From positions 1-36,987 of IMG/VR virus record IMGVR_UViG_3300035670_000674: a stretch of DNA of 36,987 bases; one strand, given 5' to 3'. Position numbers and translations under genes: made by a program. Origin of the DNA: a virus. Its lineage: Duplodnaviria > Caudoviricetes. Under the pieces are notes generated by a model. That model was not told the DNA's origin, ran no database searches, and was given only the letters and a program-made list of their open reading frames with translations. Position 1 is the stretch's first letter, and each line of letters starts with the position of its first letter. Of the stretch, positions 17,254-24,619 are shown piece by piece.

Positions 17254-17602
17254 TTTTATCTCCATATATTTTGCTTAAGTTTCTAGCTTTTGACATCCAT
17301 TCAACTGGAGTTAAATTACTTAACCAGTCGCTTACGGATGGTATATAGCCACAATCTTCTATTACATGCTGTTCAGCAATTAATTTAACTGGAACGTGCT
17401 TTCCAGAATTAAGTACTATGTAATCACCAAACTCATTTATACATTCTTGTATTCCTAATGAGTGGTGTCTTAATGCTCTATGTCTAAAGTCTGGATGGAA
17501 AGCTTTAGTGAAATCGAACCAATTATGGATTCGAAGATAATCATCTAAAGTTCCACCCCATTTACTTACACTTGATTGAGCATGATATACTGGTGTTGCC
17601 AT
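17222..17602 (-). CDS. DUF6915-like His-rich protein
   Basis: MA-x-P-x-x-HA-x-SS-x-x-KWGG...DY-x-x-IH-x-WFD...RHRALRHH-x-x-GI...EQHV-x-EDCG-x-IPS-x-x-DW. Confidence 0.75.
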   Translation of the reverse strand: MATPVYHAQSSVSKWGGTLDDYLRIHNWFDFTKAFHPDFRHRALRHHSLGIQECINEFGDYIVLNSGKHVPVKLIAEQHVIEDCGYIPSVSDWLSNLTPVEWMSKARNLSKIYGDKNERSIAKVVK

Positions 17603-17606
17603 ATTA

Positions 17607-18182
17607 TTATTTGCTTAAAGTTATATTGATTCTTCCAGAATCTTTTAATGGTTGCCAATCTTCTACTGTTTCATTTCCTTCTAATGTATATTCTCCAGTA
17701 ATTACATTTAATAATACTGTACCATTTACATTGTATTCTCCAGCAAATGAACCAAATCGATCTAAAGCACCAAGTTTCCAAAAGATATCGTCTAAATGTA
17801 TTTCGTCTAATCTTTCGTACTTGCAAATATCATGATAAAATATATCTGCTTTTGTTACAGCTTTATGTTTATCAAGATATTCTCTTTTGACTAATTCTCT
17901 TATGTAATAAGATTGATTAGTACAATCCTTTAAATCAACATTGTCTTTATTTTTGTCTAACCATACAAAACTATCATAACCACCTTCATCATGCCCACCT
18001 GAAAATTCAGCTTGAGCATAATTAATTTTTAATCTTTCAAATTCTTCTGTGAATCCTTCAAGAAAATTAGATACGTTTTTGTGGTTTACTTCTTGACTTA
18101 ATATTCTTTGTCTTTCGTAAAACTTATTTTTACGTTTTGTATTCTTTACTGTTTCTATAAAATTTAACGATGTATATATCAT
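17607..18182 (-). CDS. DUF6878-like protein
   Basis: FSGG-x-DEG motif and C-terminal G-x-V-x-L-x-V-x-x-G; adjacent to the DUF6915-like gene; AAGGA RBS. Confidence 0.55.
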   Translation of the reverse strand: MIYTSLNFIETVKNTKRKNKFYERQRILSQEVNHKNVSNFLEGFTEEFERLKINYAQAEFSGGHDEGGYDSFVWLDKNKDNVDLKDCTNQSYYIRELVKREYLDKHKAVTKADIFYHDICKYERLDEIHLDDIFWKLGALDRFGSFAGEYNVNGTVLLNVITGEYTLEGNETVEDWQPLKDSGRINITLSK

Positions 18183-18197
18183 TGTTATCCTTTTGTT

Positions 18198-18290
18198 ATG
18201 GGCATTGTTTATAGAATGTTAATTCATTCACCAGGAATAATTTTAATTGGATTTCCTGGATGGTAGTTAAACCCTTACTCCCAAACCCAT
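18198..18290. other. intergenic imperfect inverted repeat (long hairpin)
   Basis: ATGGG/CCCAT ends with inner CCAGGAA/TTCCTGG stem. Confidence 0.4.
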
Positions 18291-18297
18291 TGTTATT

Positions 18298-18903
18298 TTA
18301 TTTTTCTAATTGAAGCATAGCTTTAGGAGCTTGTACTTCAATATTAGCTTTCTTAAATGTATTACCAAGATATTTCCAAACATCTTGTATGCTTTGTCCA
18401 GAATATAAAATATTCTGAGCTTCTTCTTCCATTACATCTAAGATTTTTTTTTCTTTAAACTTATCTGATCTTTCAATAAGTTTAGTAGTTTCGTCTGCAC
18501 ATTTTTCACGTAAATAATGTTTTACGTTATTTACATTTTGAAACCAATCATCACTTTTATTACGAAGTCTAGTATCTGAACTTTCATTATCCCATCTTCG
18601 TAGTGATTGCCATTTTTCTAAACTTCTTTTTAACTTATCAGCAGTATCTGCAACAGCTGCTCTTAATTTACTTTCGTAAGTATCTTTGCTGTCTTGAAAT
18701 CTTTCAAGTTTTTCTTTTGCAGCTTCTACTGCTTTTAAATCTTTTTCAAGATCTAATTTATTAAGAAAAGTTTTGAAATTTTTTTCTATGGCTTTATTAG
18801 TTTCTAAATGTATTTCAGACTCTATTTTTTTACGTCTATTGATAAATTTATCTTTGACGTATTTTTCTAAATACTCTAGCTCGTTTTTTCTGATAGGTAT
18901 CAT
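18298..18903 (-). CDS. coiled-coil hypothetical protein
   Basis: 201 aa, K/E-rich, AAGGA RBS. Confidence 0.75.
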   Translation of the reverse strand: MIPIRKNELEYLEKYVKDKFINRRKKIESEIHLETNKAIEKNFKTFLNKLDLEKDLKAVEAAKEKLERFQDSKDTYESKLRAAVADTADKLKRSLEKWQSLRRWDNESSDTRLRNKSDDWFQNVNNVKHYLREKCADETTKLIERSDKFKEKKILDVMEEEAQNILYSGQSIQDVWKYLGNTFKKANIEVQAPKAMLQLEK

Positions 18904-18918
18904 ATATTCCTTTTAGTT

Positions 18919-18956
18919 TAGGGTACTGATCACTTGTAGGTTCAATCAATACCCTA
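18919..18956 (-). other. intergenic RNA hairpin with CAAGUG in loop
   Basis: TAGGGTAcTGAT...ATCAaTACCCTA; the single mismatch is a G.U pair on the minus strand. Confidence 0.6.
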
Positions 18957-18964
18957 TTGTTTAT

Positions 18965-19246
18965 TTATGCCGATTCAGATAGATTATTAATTGACTTTTC
19001 AGACAATTTAATCATTTGCTCAGCAGTTTGTTTTGTTGCTTCACTTGCATCCATTCGTGAACATACACGGATGAATAACGTAGTCGCAGATGTTTTTTGG
19101 CCCATTGGGTCCAATGCAGCTAATATCTTATTGCTTTTTACAGCAGTATGACATGTAGCTAATAAATGTGCGTAATAATCACACATTTTGCTATACTTAT
19201 CTGCCACTCTCTCTTGTTGAGATTTAGTCAGCTTTTCTGTTGACAT
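18965..19246 (-). CDS. hypothetical protein
   Basis: 93-aa ORF in operon orientation. Confidence 0.65.
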   Translation of the reverse strand: MSTEKLTKSQQERVADKYSKMCDYYAHLLATCHTAVKSNKILAALDPMGQKTSATTLFIRVCSRMDASEATKQTAEQMIKLSEKSINNLSESA

Positions 19247-19397
19247 CTTCTTTTTTCTCTTTCTTCCTGATTTCGAATGGTAATTCTACTTCATCAGGCA
19301 TGTTGTTTAGTACAGCATTGAATAGTCCAATACTGATTCTCACAGGTAGTGTAAGAATTTTAATTGTATTATTTTTTATGTTGTCTATATTTTTCAT
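19224..19397 (-). CDS. small hypothetical protein (57 aa, MKNIDNIK...)
   Basis: Hand-translated; fills the gap and overlaps both neighbours. Confidence 0.55.
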   Translation of the reverse strand: MKNIDNIKNNTIKILTLPVRISIGLFNAVLNNMPDEVELPFEIRKKEKKEDVNRKAD

Positions 19398-19569
19398 ATT
19401 TTTTATTTAACCTTTCTAGTTTACTTTGAGTTTCACGATACTCTTGTGCAAACTCTTTCGTTCCTGGAATTGGATCGACATCTTTGGTGAGCCAATCCCA
19501 GCTTTTTTTTGTTACTATGCCTAATAGAGTGAAACCTACATATTTAATTATGTGAAATAATGGATTCAT
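19369..19569 (-). CDS. small protein with N-terminal hydrophobic segment
   Basis: 66 aa, AGGG RBS. Confidence 0.6.
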   Translation of the reverse strand: MNPLFHIIKYVGFTLLGIVTKKSWDWLTKDVDPIPGTKEFAQEYRETQSKLERLNKKYEKYRQHKK

Positions 19570-19864
19570 TATTTATTTCCCTTTCTATTTTGGCAAATTT
19601 TGCGTTGACTCTATCTTGTTTATGCACAGTCAAATCAATAAATTGATTAGGATCTTGCTTGAATTGATTTAAGTCTAACCCAAAATGCTTTGCTAATAAC
19701 AACAAATGACCACATCTCATACGATTCTTTGCAGTTTCGTATTTATCATACTGTTGGTATGCTACCCCCATTATGTCTGCCATTTGTGTTAATGTTTTTT
19801 TCATTTTTTTTCTGATCAGATACAGATGCTTTGCTATCTGAATATCTTCTGTGTTTTTTCTCAT
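19544..19864 (-). CDS. XRE-family helix-turn-helix regulator
   Basis: IA-x-x-L-x-x-x-R...TLTQMADIMGVAYQQYDKYETAKNR (alphaproteobacterial XRE signature). Confidence 0.8.
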   Translation of the reverse strand: MRKNTEDIQIAKHLYLIRKKMKKTLTQMADIMGVAYQQYDKYETAKNRMRCGHLLLLAKHFGLDLNQFKQDPNQFIDLTVHKQDRVNAKFAKIEREINNESIISHN

Positions 19865-20174
19865 ATATTTCTTTCGCTGTACCAAAGAGTGATTTTAAAA
19901 CAAACAGTTCTCTTTTGTCGCTGCTTGTCTTTGATGTAACTACTCTTATGGTATTAGGCTCTTTTGATTTATGATTTAGACGTATAACAACTAAATATCC
20001 TTGTTTAGGATATAAGATTGATTGATACGTCATGTGTTCAATATACGGAGTCCACCATTTCATTCTTTCTTGTTGTATAAAGCCACCAAATGGTAGGCTA
20101 TATACTATCTCAAGAGATCGTTTTAATGGGACTTTCTTGTTTTTGAACCTGTTCTTTAATGTTATAACGTACAT
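19746..20174 (-). CDS. hypothetical basic protein
   Basis: Long ORF; start uncertain; 3' end overlaps the XRE gene by about 120 nt. Confidence 0.5.
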   Translation of the reverse strand: MYVITLKNRFKNKKVPLKRSLEIVYSLPFGGFIQQERMKWWTPYIEHMTYQSILYPKQGYLVVIRLNHKSKEPNTIRVVTSKTSSDKRELFVLKSLFGTAKEIYEKKHRRYSDSKASVSDQKKNEKNINTNGRHNGGSIPTV

Positions 20175-20286
20175 TGTTTTCAACCCATTTCTGAAGTTCA
20201 CAGTATAGTCTGTATTTAACTTCGCTGTCTGCCATTGAATCTATTAATGCTAATAATTCTTTGGCTTGATTCTCTTTGTTAAACAT
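20110..20286 (-). CDS. small hypothetical protein (58 aa, MFNKENQAKE...)
   Basis: Hand-translated; GGAG RBS, TAATG-coupled. Confidence 0.55.
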   Translation of the reverse strand: MFNKENQAKELLALIDSMADSEVKYRLYCELQKWVENNVRYNIKEQVQKQESPIKTIS

Positions 20287-20468
20287 TATTTGATCTCCAT
20301 TTTATAGAGTCGCATATTAATATCTTCTAACTTTTGATTTACTCTCATAAGAGTCATATTAATATTCTGTCTTTCTTCAGACTCTCTCATAAATTGTACG
20401 ACTAGTATTAAGAATAATACAGTCTGTATTAGTAATAATGCTATCATCATGATTGTATTTGTATCCAT
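20286..20468 (-). CDS. small single-TM membrane protein
   Basis: IMMIALLLIQTVLFLILVV TM followed by a short coiled coil. Confidence 0.65.
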   Translation of the reverse strand: MDTNTIMMIALLLIQTVLFLILVVQFMRESEERQNINMTLMRVNQKLEDINMRLYKMEIK

Positions 20469-20482
20469 ATATTTATTGTTTA

Positions 20483-20511
20483 GTTAACCCCTGCACTAGA
20501 CAGGGGCTAAC
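20483..20511 (-). other. intergenic RNA hairpin with CUAGUG loop
   Basis: GTTAaCCCCTG-cactaga-CAGGGGcTAAC; mismatch is G.U on the minus strand. Confidence 0.65.
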
Positions 20512-20520
20512 GATTTCAGG

Positions 20521-20694
20521 TTATTCAGCAGTTAATCTTACTGCGATATCTTTTAATAGATTCTCTATGCTTTCAAGTTTTTCATCTTGAGCAATTAATC
20601 TATTATGAAGTACTTTAGGTATTAGAATACCAGCTTGTACTTTTTTGACATAATCACTATTCATGTCAATTGGCTTATTTGTATAGTCAGTCAT
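20521..20694 (-). CDS. small hypothetical protein (57 aa, MTDYTNKPID...)
   Basis: Hand-translated; strong AGGAG RBS. Confidence 0.7.
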   Translation of the reverse strand: MTDYTNKPIDMNSDYVKKVQAGILIPKVLHNRLIAQDEKLESIENLLKDIAVRLTAE

Positions 20695-20719
20695 AGGTTC
20701 TCCTATTGTTAGTTATTTT

Positions 20720-20757
20720 GGGTTAATACCCAATCACTTGTGTTGGGTTATTTACCC
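20720..20757 (-). other. intergenic RNA hairpin with CAAGUG in loop
   Basis: GGGTtAATACCCAA-tcacttgtg-TTGGGtTATTtACCC imperfect inverted repeat. Confidence 0.6.
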
Positions 20758-20900
20758 TTTCTTTCTTGTTCTTTTCTATATTCTATATCGAACTCTTTTT
20801 GTTCTTTATAATTCATATAGATGTTGTAAGCCGACATTAAAACGGCAAACAACAGTCCAAGAAATACTATAGTCATTACTATTCCGTAGAATATACTCAT
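20748..20900 (-). CDS. small single-TM protein (50 aa, MSIFYGIVMT...)
   Basis: Hand-translated; AGGGAG RBS; hydrophobic N-terminus and charged tail. Confidence 0.65.
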   Translation of the reverse strand: MSIFYGIVMTIVFLGLLFAVLMSAYNIYMNYKEQKEFDIEYRKEQERKGK

Positions 20901-21064
20901 GTTATCTCCCTATCTAAATAAGGTTTAACCATTCTTTCATAGAATGATTCTGTATTGTACATCACGTGGTATTTGTTGTATTCTTGCCACGTTAATGATT
21001 CAATAGTTCTTTCATGGTTAGTTAATAACCATTGTTCAAACTTACTATTTGGATATTTATTCAT
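20897..21064 (-). CDS. small hypothetical protein (55 aa, MNKYPNSKFE...)
   Basis: Hand-translated; ATGA-coupled to the next gene. Confidence 0.6.
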   Translation of the reverse strand: MNKYPNSKFEQWLLTNHERTIESLTWQEYNKYHVMYNTESFYERMVKPYLDREIT

Positions 21065-21066
21065 AA

Positions 21067-21225
21067 TTATTTCAATCGTTTGTATTTAACAACAAATCTA
21101 GTTAGATAGTTCTCAAACTTTCTATCATGATTATGTGGTTTTTTCTTAGGAATTGGTATCAATGGTAGTTCTGATACATTAAATAGCTCTAGTTGTGCTA
21201 CCTTTTCATGTACATTTTTATACAT
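21067..21225 (-). CDS. first early gene, small basic protein (52 aa, MYKNVHEKVA...)
   Basis: Hand-translated; AAAGGAG RBS. Confidence 0.65.
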   Translation of the reverse strand: MYKNVHEKVAQLELFNVSELPLIPIPKKKPHNHDRKFENYLTRFVVKYKRLK

Positions 21226-21502
21226 ACTATCTCCTTTAGTTAGTTATATCAGGGAGTTAATTGATTATTAACAATCAATAATCAGTTGCGTTCCCTCACA
21301 AAGTGAGGGGAACAGCAACGATACAAGCAAGTAAATTATATAGACAATACAATATAAATTCTTTCTAACAAGAAAGTTGAGTTGGGTGGGTTTTGCTCGA
21401 ACCCCCAACGAGATAGCAGTAGTAAGTGAGTAATAGAAAAGGGGGGTTTTGTATTAAACTCCATAACTTTAACAAAAACAACAATAATAGAAAGGTAAAT
21501 AT
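21226..21502. promoter_or_regulatory. divergent early/late control region with multiple hairpins
   Basis: Largest non-coding gap, at the strand switch; inverted repeats at 21259-21287, 21285-21319, 21361-21376, 21381-21409, 21443-21462. Confidence 0.6.
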
Positions 21503-21817
21503 ATGGCAGCACCAATATTAGGTGGTATATATTCAGCATTATCCAGATTTGGATATGGAGTAGCTAGATCATTAAGACCTACTAAGGTGGGATCAGCTAT
21601 CAAAAAGATTACCCCTGTAGCCGTCAAAGAAGCCGAATTTTCTCCAATGGTTACAAAAGGCTTAGAGGGAGCCAAGAAAAAGATTTCTAGCGGTTATAGA
21701 AGCTTATACGCAGGAACTTTAGGTTCTTCAACTAGACGTAAGGTAACTAGTGGGGTATTAGGAACTTACACAACAATGTCATTTCTCAATGGAGAAGATG
21801 ACGAATTAGAGGAGTAA
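21503..21817 (+). CDS. hypothetical protein (basic body, acidic tail)
   Basis: 104 aa, AAAGGT RBS, first gene of the late operon. Confidence 0.7.
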   Translation: MAAPILGGIYSALSRFGYGVARSLRPTKVGSAIKKITPVAVKEAEFSPMVTKGLEGAKKKISSGYRSLYAGTLGSSTRRKVTSGVLGTYTTMSFLNGEDDELEE

Positions 21818-21821
21818 ACAT

Positions 21822-22061
21822 ATGGTACTAAAAACAAACCTAGCAAATCTAGCCCAAGCTGCAAAAGCAGTAGGTGCTGATGTTGTAGGCATAGTTAAAT
21901 CTAAAGCTAAAAAACCTGCAAAAATGGTAAGAGAAGCAGGTAGAGCTATTAGACGTAACCCTAAAAAATCTGCGGCAATAGGTGCAGCAGGAGCAGCAGG
22001 AACTGGCTTCTATCTTTATAATGGCAAAAGAAATGCCTATGAAGAAGATGATATGATGTAA
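21822..22061 (+). CDS. hypothetical protein (basic, Gly/Ala segment, acidic tail)
   Basis: 79 aa, GAGGAG RBS. Confidence 0.7.
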   Translation: MVLKTNLANLAQAAKAVGADVVGIVKSKAKKPAKMVREAGRAIRRNPKKSAAIGAAGAAGTGFYLYNGKRNAYEEDDMM

Positions 22062-22288
22062 TGGACTTAGAAAAACTAGCCGACCAAATCATACAATTAT
22101 CACCAGAACAAGCTCAACAATTACAAGTAATTTTAAAAGCAAAAGTAATGCCTGAAGTTGAAAAACAAAAAGGCTTACTAGATGAGCAAGTAGCAAATCC
22201 CCAAGTAGATCAAATGGCTAGACCAGTTGAACCTACTATGGCTCCACCAACAACTCGAGATGTTGCTTTACGCAGCTTATTGGGTTAA
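22061..22288 (+). CDS. hypothetical protein
   Basis: 75 aa, TAATG-coupled. Confidence 0.65.
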   Translation: MDLEKLADQIIQLSPEQAQQLQVILKAKVMPEVEKQKGLLDEQVANPQVDQMARPVEPTMAPPTTRDVALRSLLG

Positions 22289-22316
22289 TAGGTAATTAGA
22301 AAGGAGAAAATCTAAT

Positions 22317-22427
22317 ATGCCAATGGTAGGAAATAAAAAATTTTCATATACTAAAAAAGGTATGGCAGCTGCTAAAAAGTTTGCCAAAAAAAAAGGTATG
22401 AAAATGACTAAGAAAAAAGGATATTAA
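22317..22427 (+). CDS. tiny Lys-rich protein (36 aa, MPMVGNKKFSYTKKG...)
   Basis: Hand-translated; AAGGAG RBS; TAATG-coupled to the next gene. Confidence 0.65.
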   Translation: MPMVGNKKFSYTKKGMAAAKKFAKKKGMKMTKKKGY

Positions 22428-22558
22428 TGCCTAGAGAAAGATCAATACAAGACTTTATCGATCAGCTAAAAGAAATTTACGCAGAACAAGAAGAACTGCT
22501 AAATGATTTTGAAGCTGAATTTGGAGAACTATCCGAAGAAGATGATGATGAAGAATAA
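22427..22558 (+). CDS. tiny acidic protein (43 aa, MPRERSIQDF...EEDDDEE)
   Basis: Hand-translated; coupled on both sides. Confidence 0.6.
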   Translation: MPRERSIQDFIDQLKEIYAEQEELLNDFEAEFGELSEEDDDEE

Positions 22559-22712
22559 ACCAAAGCTTGGATCAGGCACACGATTTAAACAATTGACAAG
22601 TCAATTAGCTAAACGTGGAGTTAAGAATCCAAAAGCTTTAGCAGCATATATTGGAAGAAAAAAATATGGTAAAAAAAAATTCCAACAATTAGCCGCTAAA
22701 GGAAAACGATAA
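22542..22712 (+). CDS. small basic protein
   Basis: KLGSG-x-RF-x-x-L...P-x-ALAA-x-IGRKKYG-x-x-x-F motif common in phages; start among the ATGs at 22542-22548. Confidence 0.65.
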   Translation: MMMKNKPKLGSGTRFKQLTSQLAKRGVKNPKALAAYIGRKKYGKKKFQQLAAKGKR

Positions 22713-22726
22713 CATAGGGAGACCAC

Positions 22727-23011
22727 ATGGAAAAATTACCAAAGATTATACCAGGCGAAGGAGTAAGAACACAAAGAGAAACTATTTACAGGAGACCTGT
22801 AAATAAAAAAATAGTTGCTCAAAGAGGAATTGGTAGCTCAGTTAAATCTGTAGTTAAAAAAGGAATTAAGTATGGTGTAGCAGGTGCTGCTCTTACTGGA
22901 GCTGGTTATTTATTATTTGAACCAGAAAGAAATTATGCCAAAGCTCCTAAAACTTATGAGCCTAGAGATTTAAGAAGTCCAATTATATATAGACCATCAG
23001 AAGATTTTTAA
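22727..23011 (+). CDS. hypothetical protein coupled to terS
   Basis: 94 aa, GGGAG RBS, TAATG overlap with terS. Confidence 0.7.
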   Translation: MEKLPKIIPGEGVRTQRETIYRRPVNKKIVAQRGIGSSVKSVVKKGIKYGVAGAALTGAGYLLFEPERNYAKAPKTYEPRDLRSPIIYRPSEDF

Positions 23012-23355
23012 TGACTGAAGAAATAAAGACAGAAATAGTTGACGTAAAAGTTATTGAAGAAACATCTTTACCTGTAAAAAAATCTAATCTAGGAGGTAAA
23101 AGACCTGGAGCTGGGAGACCTATAGGACCAAGAAAACAAAGACAATGGAAGATGGTTGAAGATCTAGCAACTAAATATCAACAATCACCATTAGATTATA
23201 TGTTGTCTGTACTTAATTGTCCAAAGACATCACCAGAAAGAAAATTATATGCAGCAGAAAAAGCAGCTCCATTTGTACATCCTAAACTTGCTAACTCAAC
23301 AAGTAGAATAGGATTCAATGGACAGCTCAATGTTAAAGTCAAATGGGAAGAATAA
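23011..23355 (+). CDS. terS: terminase small subunit
   Basis: GGKRPGAGRP-x-G and PLDYML...AA-x-x-AAPFVHPKL motifs; directly upstream of terL. Confidence 0.7.
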   Translation: MTEEIKTEIVDVKVIEETSLPVKKSNLGGKRPGAGRPIGPRKQRQWKMVEDLATKYQQSPLDYMLSVLNCPKTSPERKLYAAEKAAPFVHPKLANSTSRIGFNGQLNVKVKWEE

Positions 23356-24619
23356 AACCTACGAAGTTTCTGTAGGTTATAAACCAAGACCATTACAACG
23401 ACAGGTACATGAATCATTAAAACGATTTAATGTATTAGTTTGTCATAGACGATTTGGAAAATCTGTTCTTGCAATAAATGAATTAATTAAAACTGCAACA
23501 GATAAACCAAGATCTAAACTTGCATACATAGCTCCAACTTATAGACAAGGTAAAGCTATTGCTTGGGATTATTTAAAATTTTATACAAGACCACTAATGG
23601 CATTTGGTGGTGATCGTAATGAATCTGAACTACGAGTAGATTTGTATAACGAATCACGTATCCAAATTTATGGTGCTGATAATGCCGATTCACTTCGAGG
23701 TATGGGATTCAATGGTGTCGTACTTGATGAGTATGCAATCATGTCTCCTAGAACTTGGACAGAAATTATTAGACCTGCAATCTCAGATACAAATGGTTGG
23801 GTAATATTTATTGGAACTCCAATGGGCCACAATCAATTCTGGGAAGTTTACGATTATGCAAAACGTGGACATAAAGATTGGTTTGGTCAATTATATAGAG
23901 CTTCAGAAACTCAAATAATTCCAGCAGATGAATTAAAAGAAGCTCAGTCTATTATGACTGAGGAGCAATACAATCAAGAATTTGAATGTTCATTTACTGC
24001 AGCAGTAAGTGGTAGTTACTATGGTAAACTTATTACAGCAGCAGATAACGATGGAAGAATTTGTGAAGTACCTTATGATACATCTGTACCAGTTGAAACT
24101 TGGTGGGATTTAGGTATAGGAGATTCAACAGCAATTTGGTTTATACAAAGAGTTGGTGAAGAAATACACGTTATAGATTATTATGAAACTTCAGGTGAAA
24201 GTTTATATCACTATGCTGAAGTTTTAGAGCAAAAAAATTATAACTATAATAGACATGTAGCTCCACATGATATAGTAGCTAGAGAACTAGGTACTGGTAA
24301 ATCAAGATTAGAAGTAGCTAATGAAATCGGAATTGATTTTGAAATTGCTGCTAAACTTGAAGTAGATCACGGAATTGAAAGTGTTAGAAATACTTTGCCA
24401 TATTGTTATTTTGATAGAGAAAAATGTAAGATCGGTTTAGATGCTTTACGTCAATATCGAAAACAATGGGATGAAAGAAACCAAGTATTTAAAAATAAAC
24501 CTTTGCATGACTGGTGTTCCCATGCAGCAGACGCATTTAGATATGGTTGTGTACATAGTCCAATTGATACAAGTCAATGGACAAAACCAATCTATATAGA
24601 TACAAAATACGTAATATGA
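23318..24619 (+). CDS. terL: terminase large subunit
   Basis: Walker A HRRFGKS, YIAPT, Walker B VVLDE, GTP-x-G-x-N, nuclease WDLG and HAADAFRY. Confidence 0.95.
   Translation: MDSSMLKSNGKNKTYEVSVGYKPRPLQRQVHESLKRFNVLVCHRRFGKSVLAINELIKTATDKPRSKLAYIAPTYRQGKAIAWDYLKFYTRPLMAFGGDRNESELRVDLYNESRIQIYGADNADSLRGMGFNGVVLDEYAIMSPRTWTEIIRPAISDTNGWVIFIGTPMGHNQFWEVYDYAKRGHKDWFGQLYRASETQIIPADELKEAQSIMTEEQYNQEFECSFTAAVSGSYYGKLITAADNDGRICEVPYDTSVPVETWWDLGIGDSTAIWFIQRVGEEIHVIDYYETSGESLYHYAEVLEQKNYNYNRHVAPHDIVARELGTGKSRLEVANEIGIDFEIAAKLEVDHGIESVRNTLPYCYFDREKCKIGLDALRQYRKQWDERNQVFKNKPLHDWCSHAADAFRYGCVHSPIDTSQWTKPIYIDTKYVI

Noticed and set aside
15735-19151. + strand ORFs 15735..16034, 17572..17835, 18957..19151
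   Set aside because: Antisense to well-supported minus-strand genes
21336-21675. Minus-strand ORFs 21336..21539 and 21469..21675
   Set aside because: Overlap the first late gene and the structured leader; no RBS
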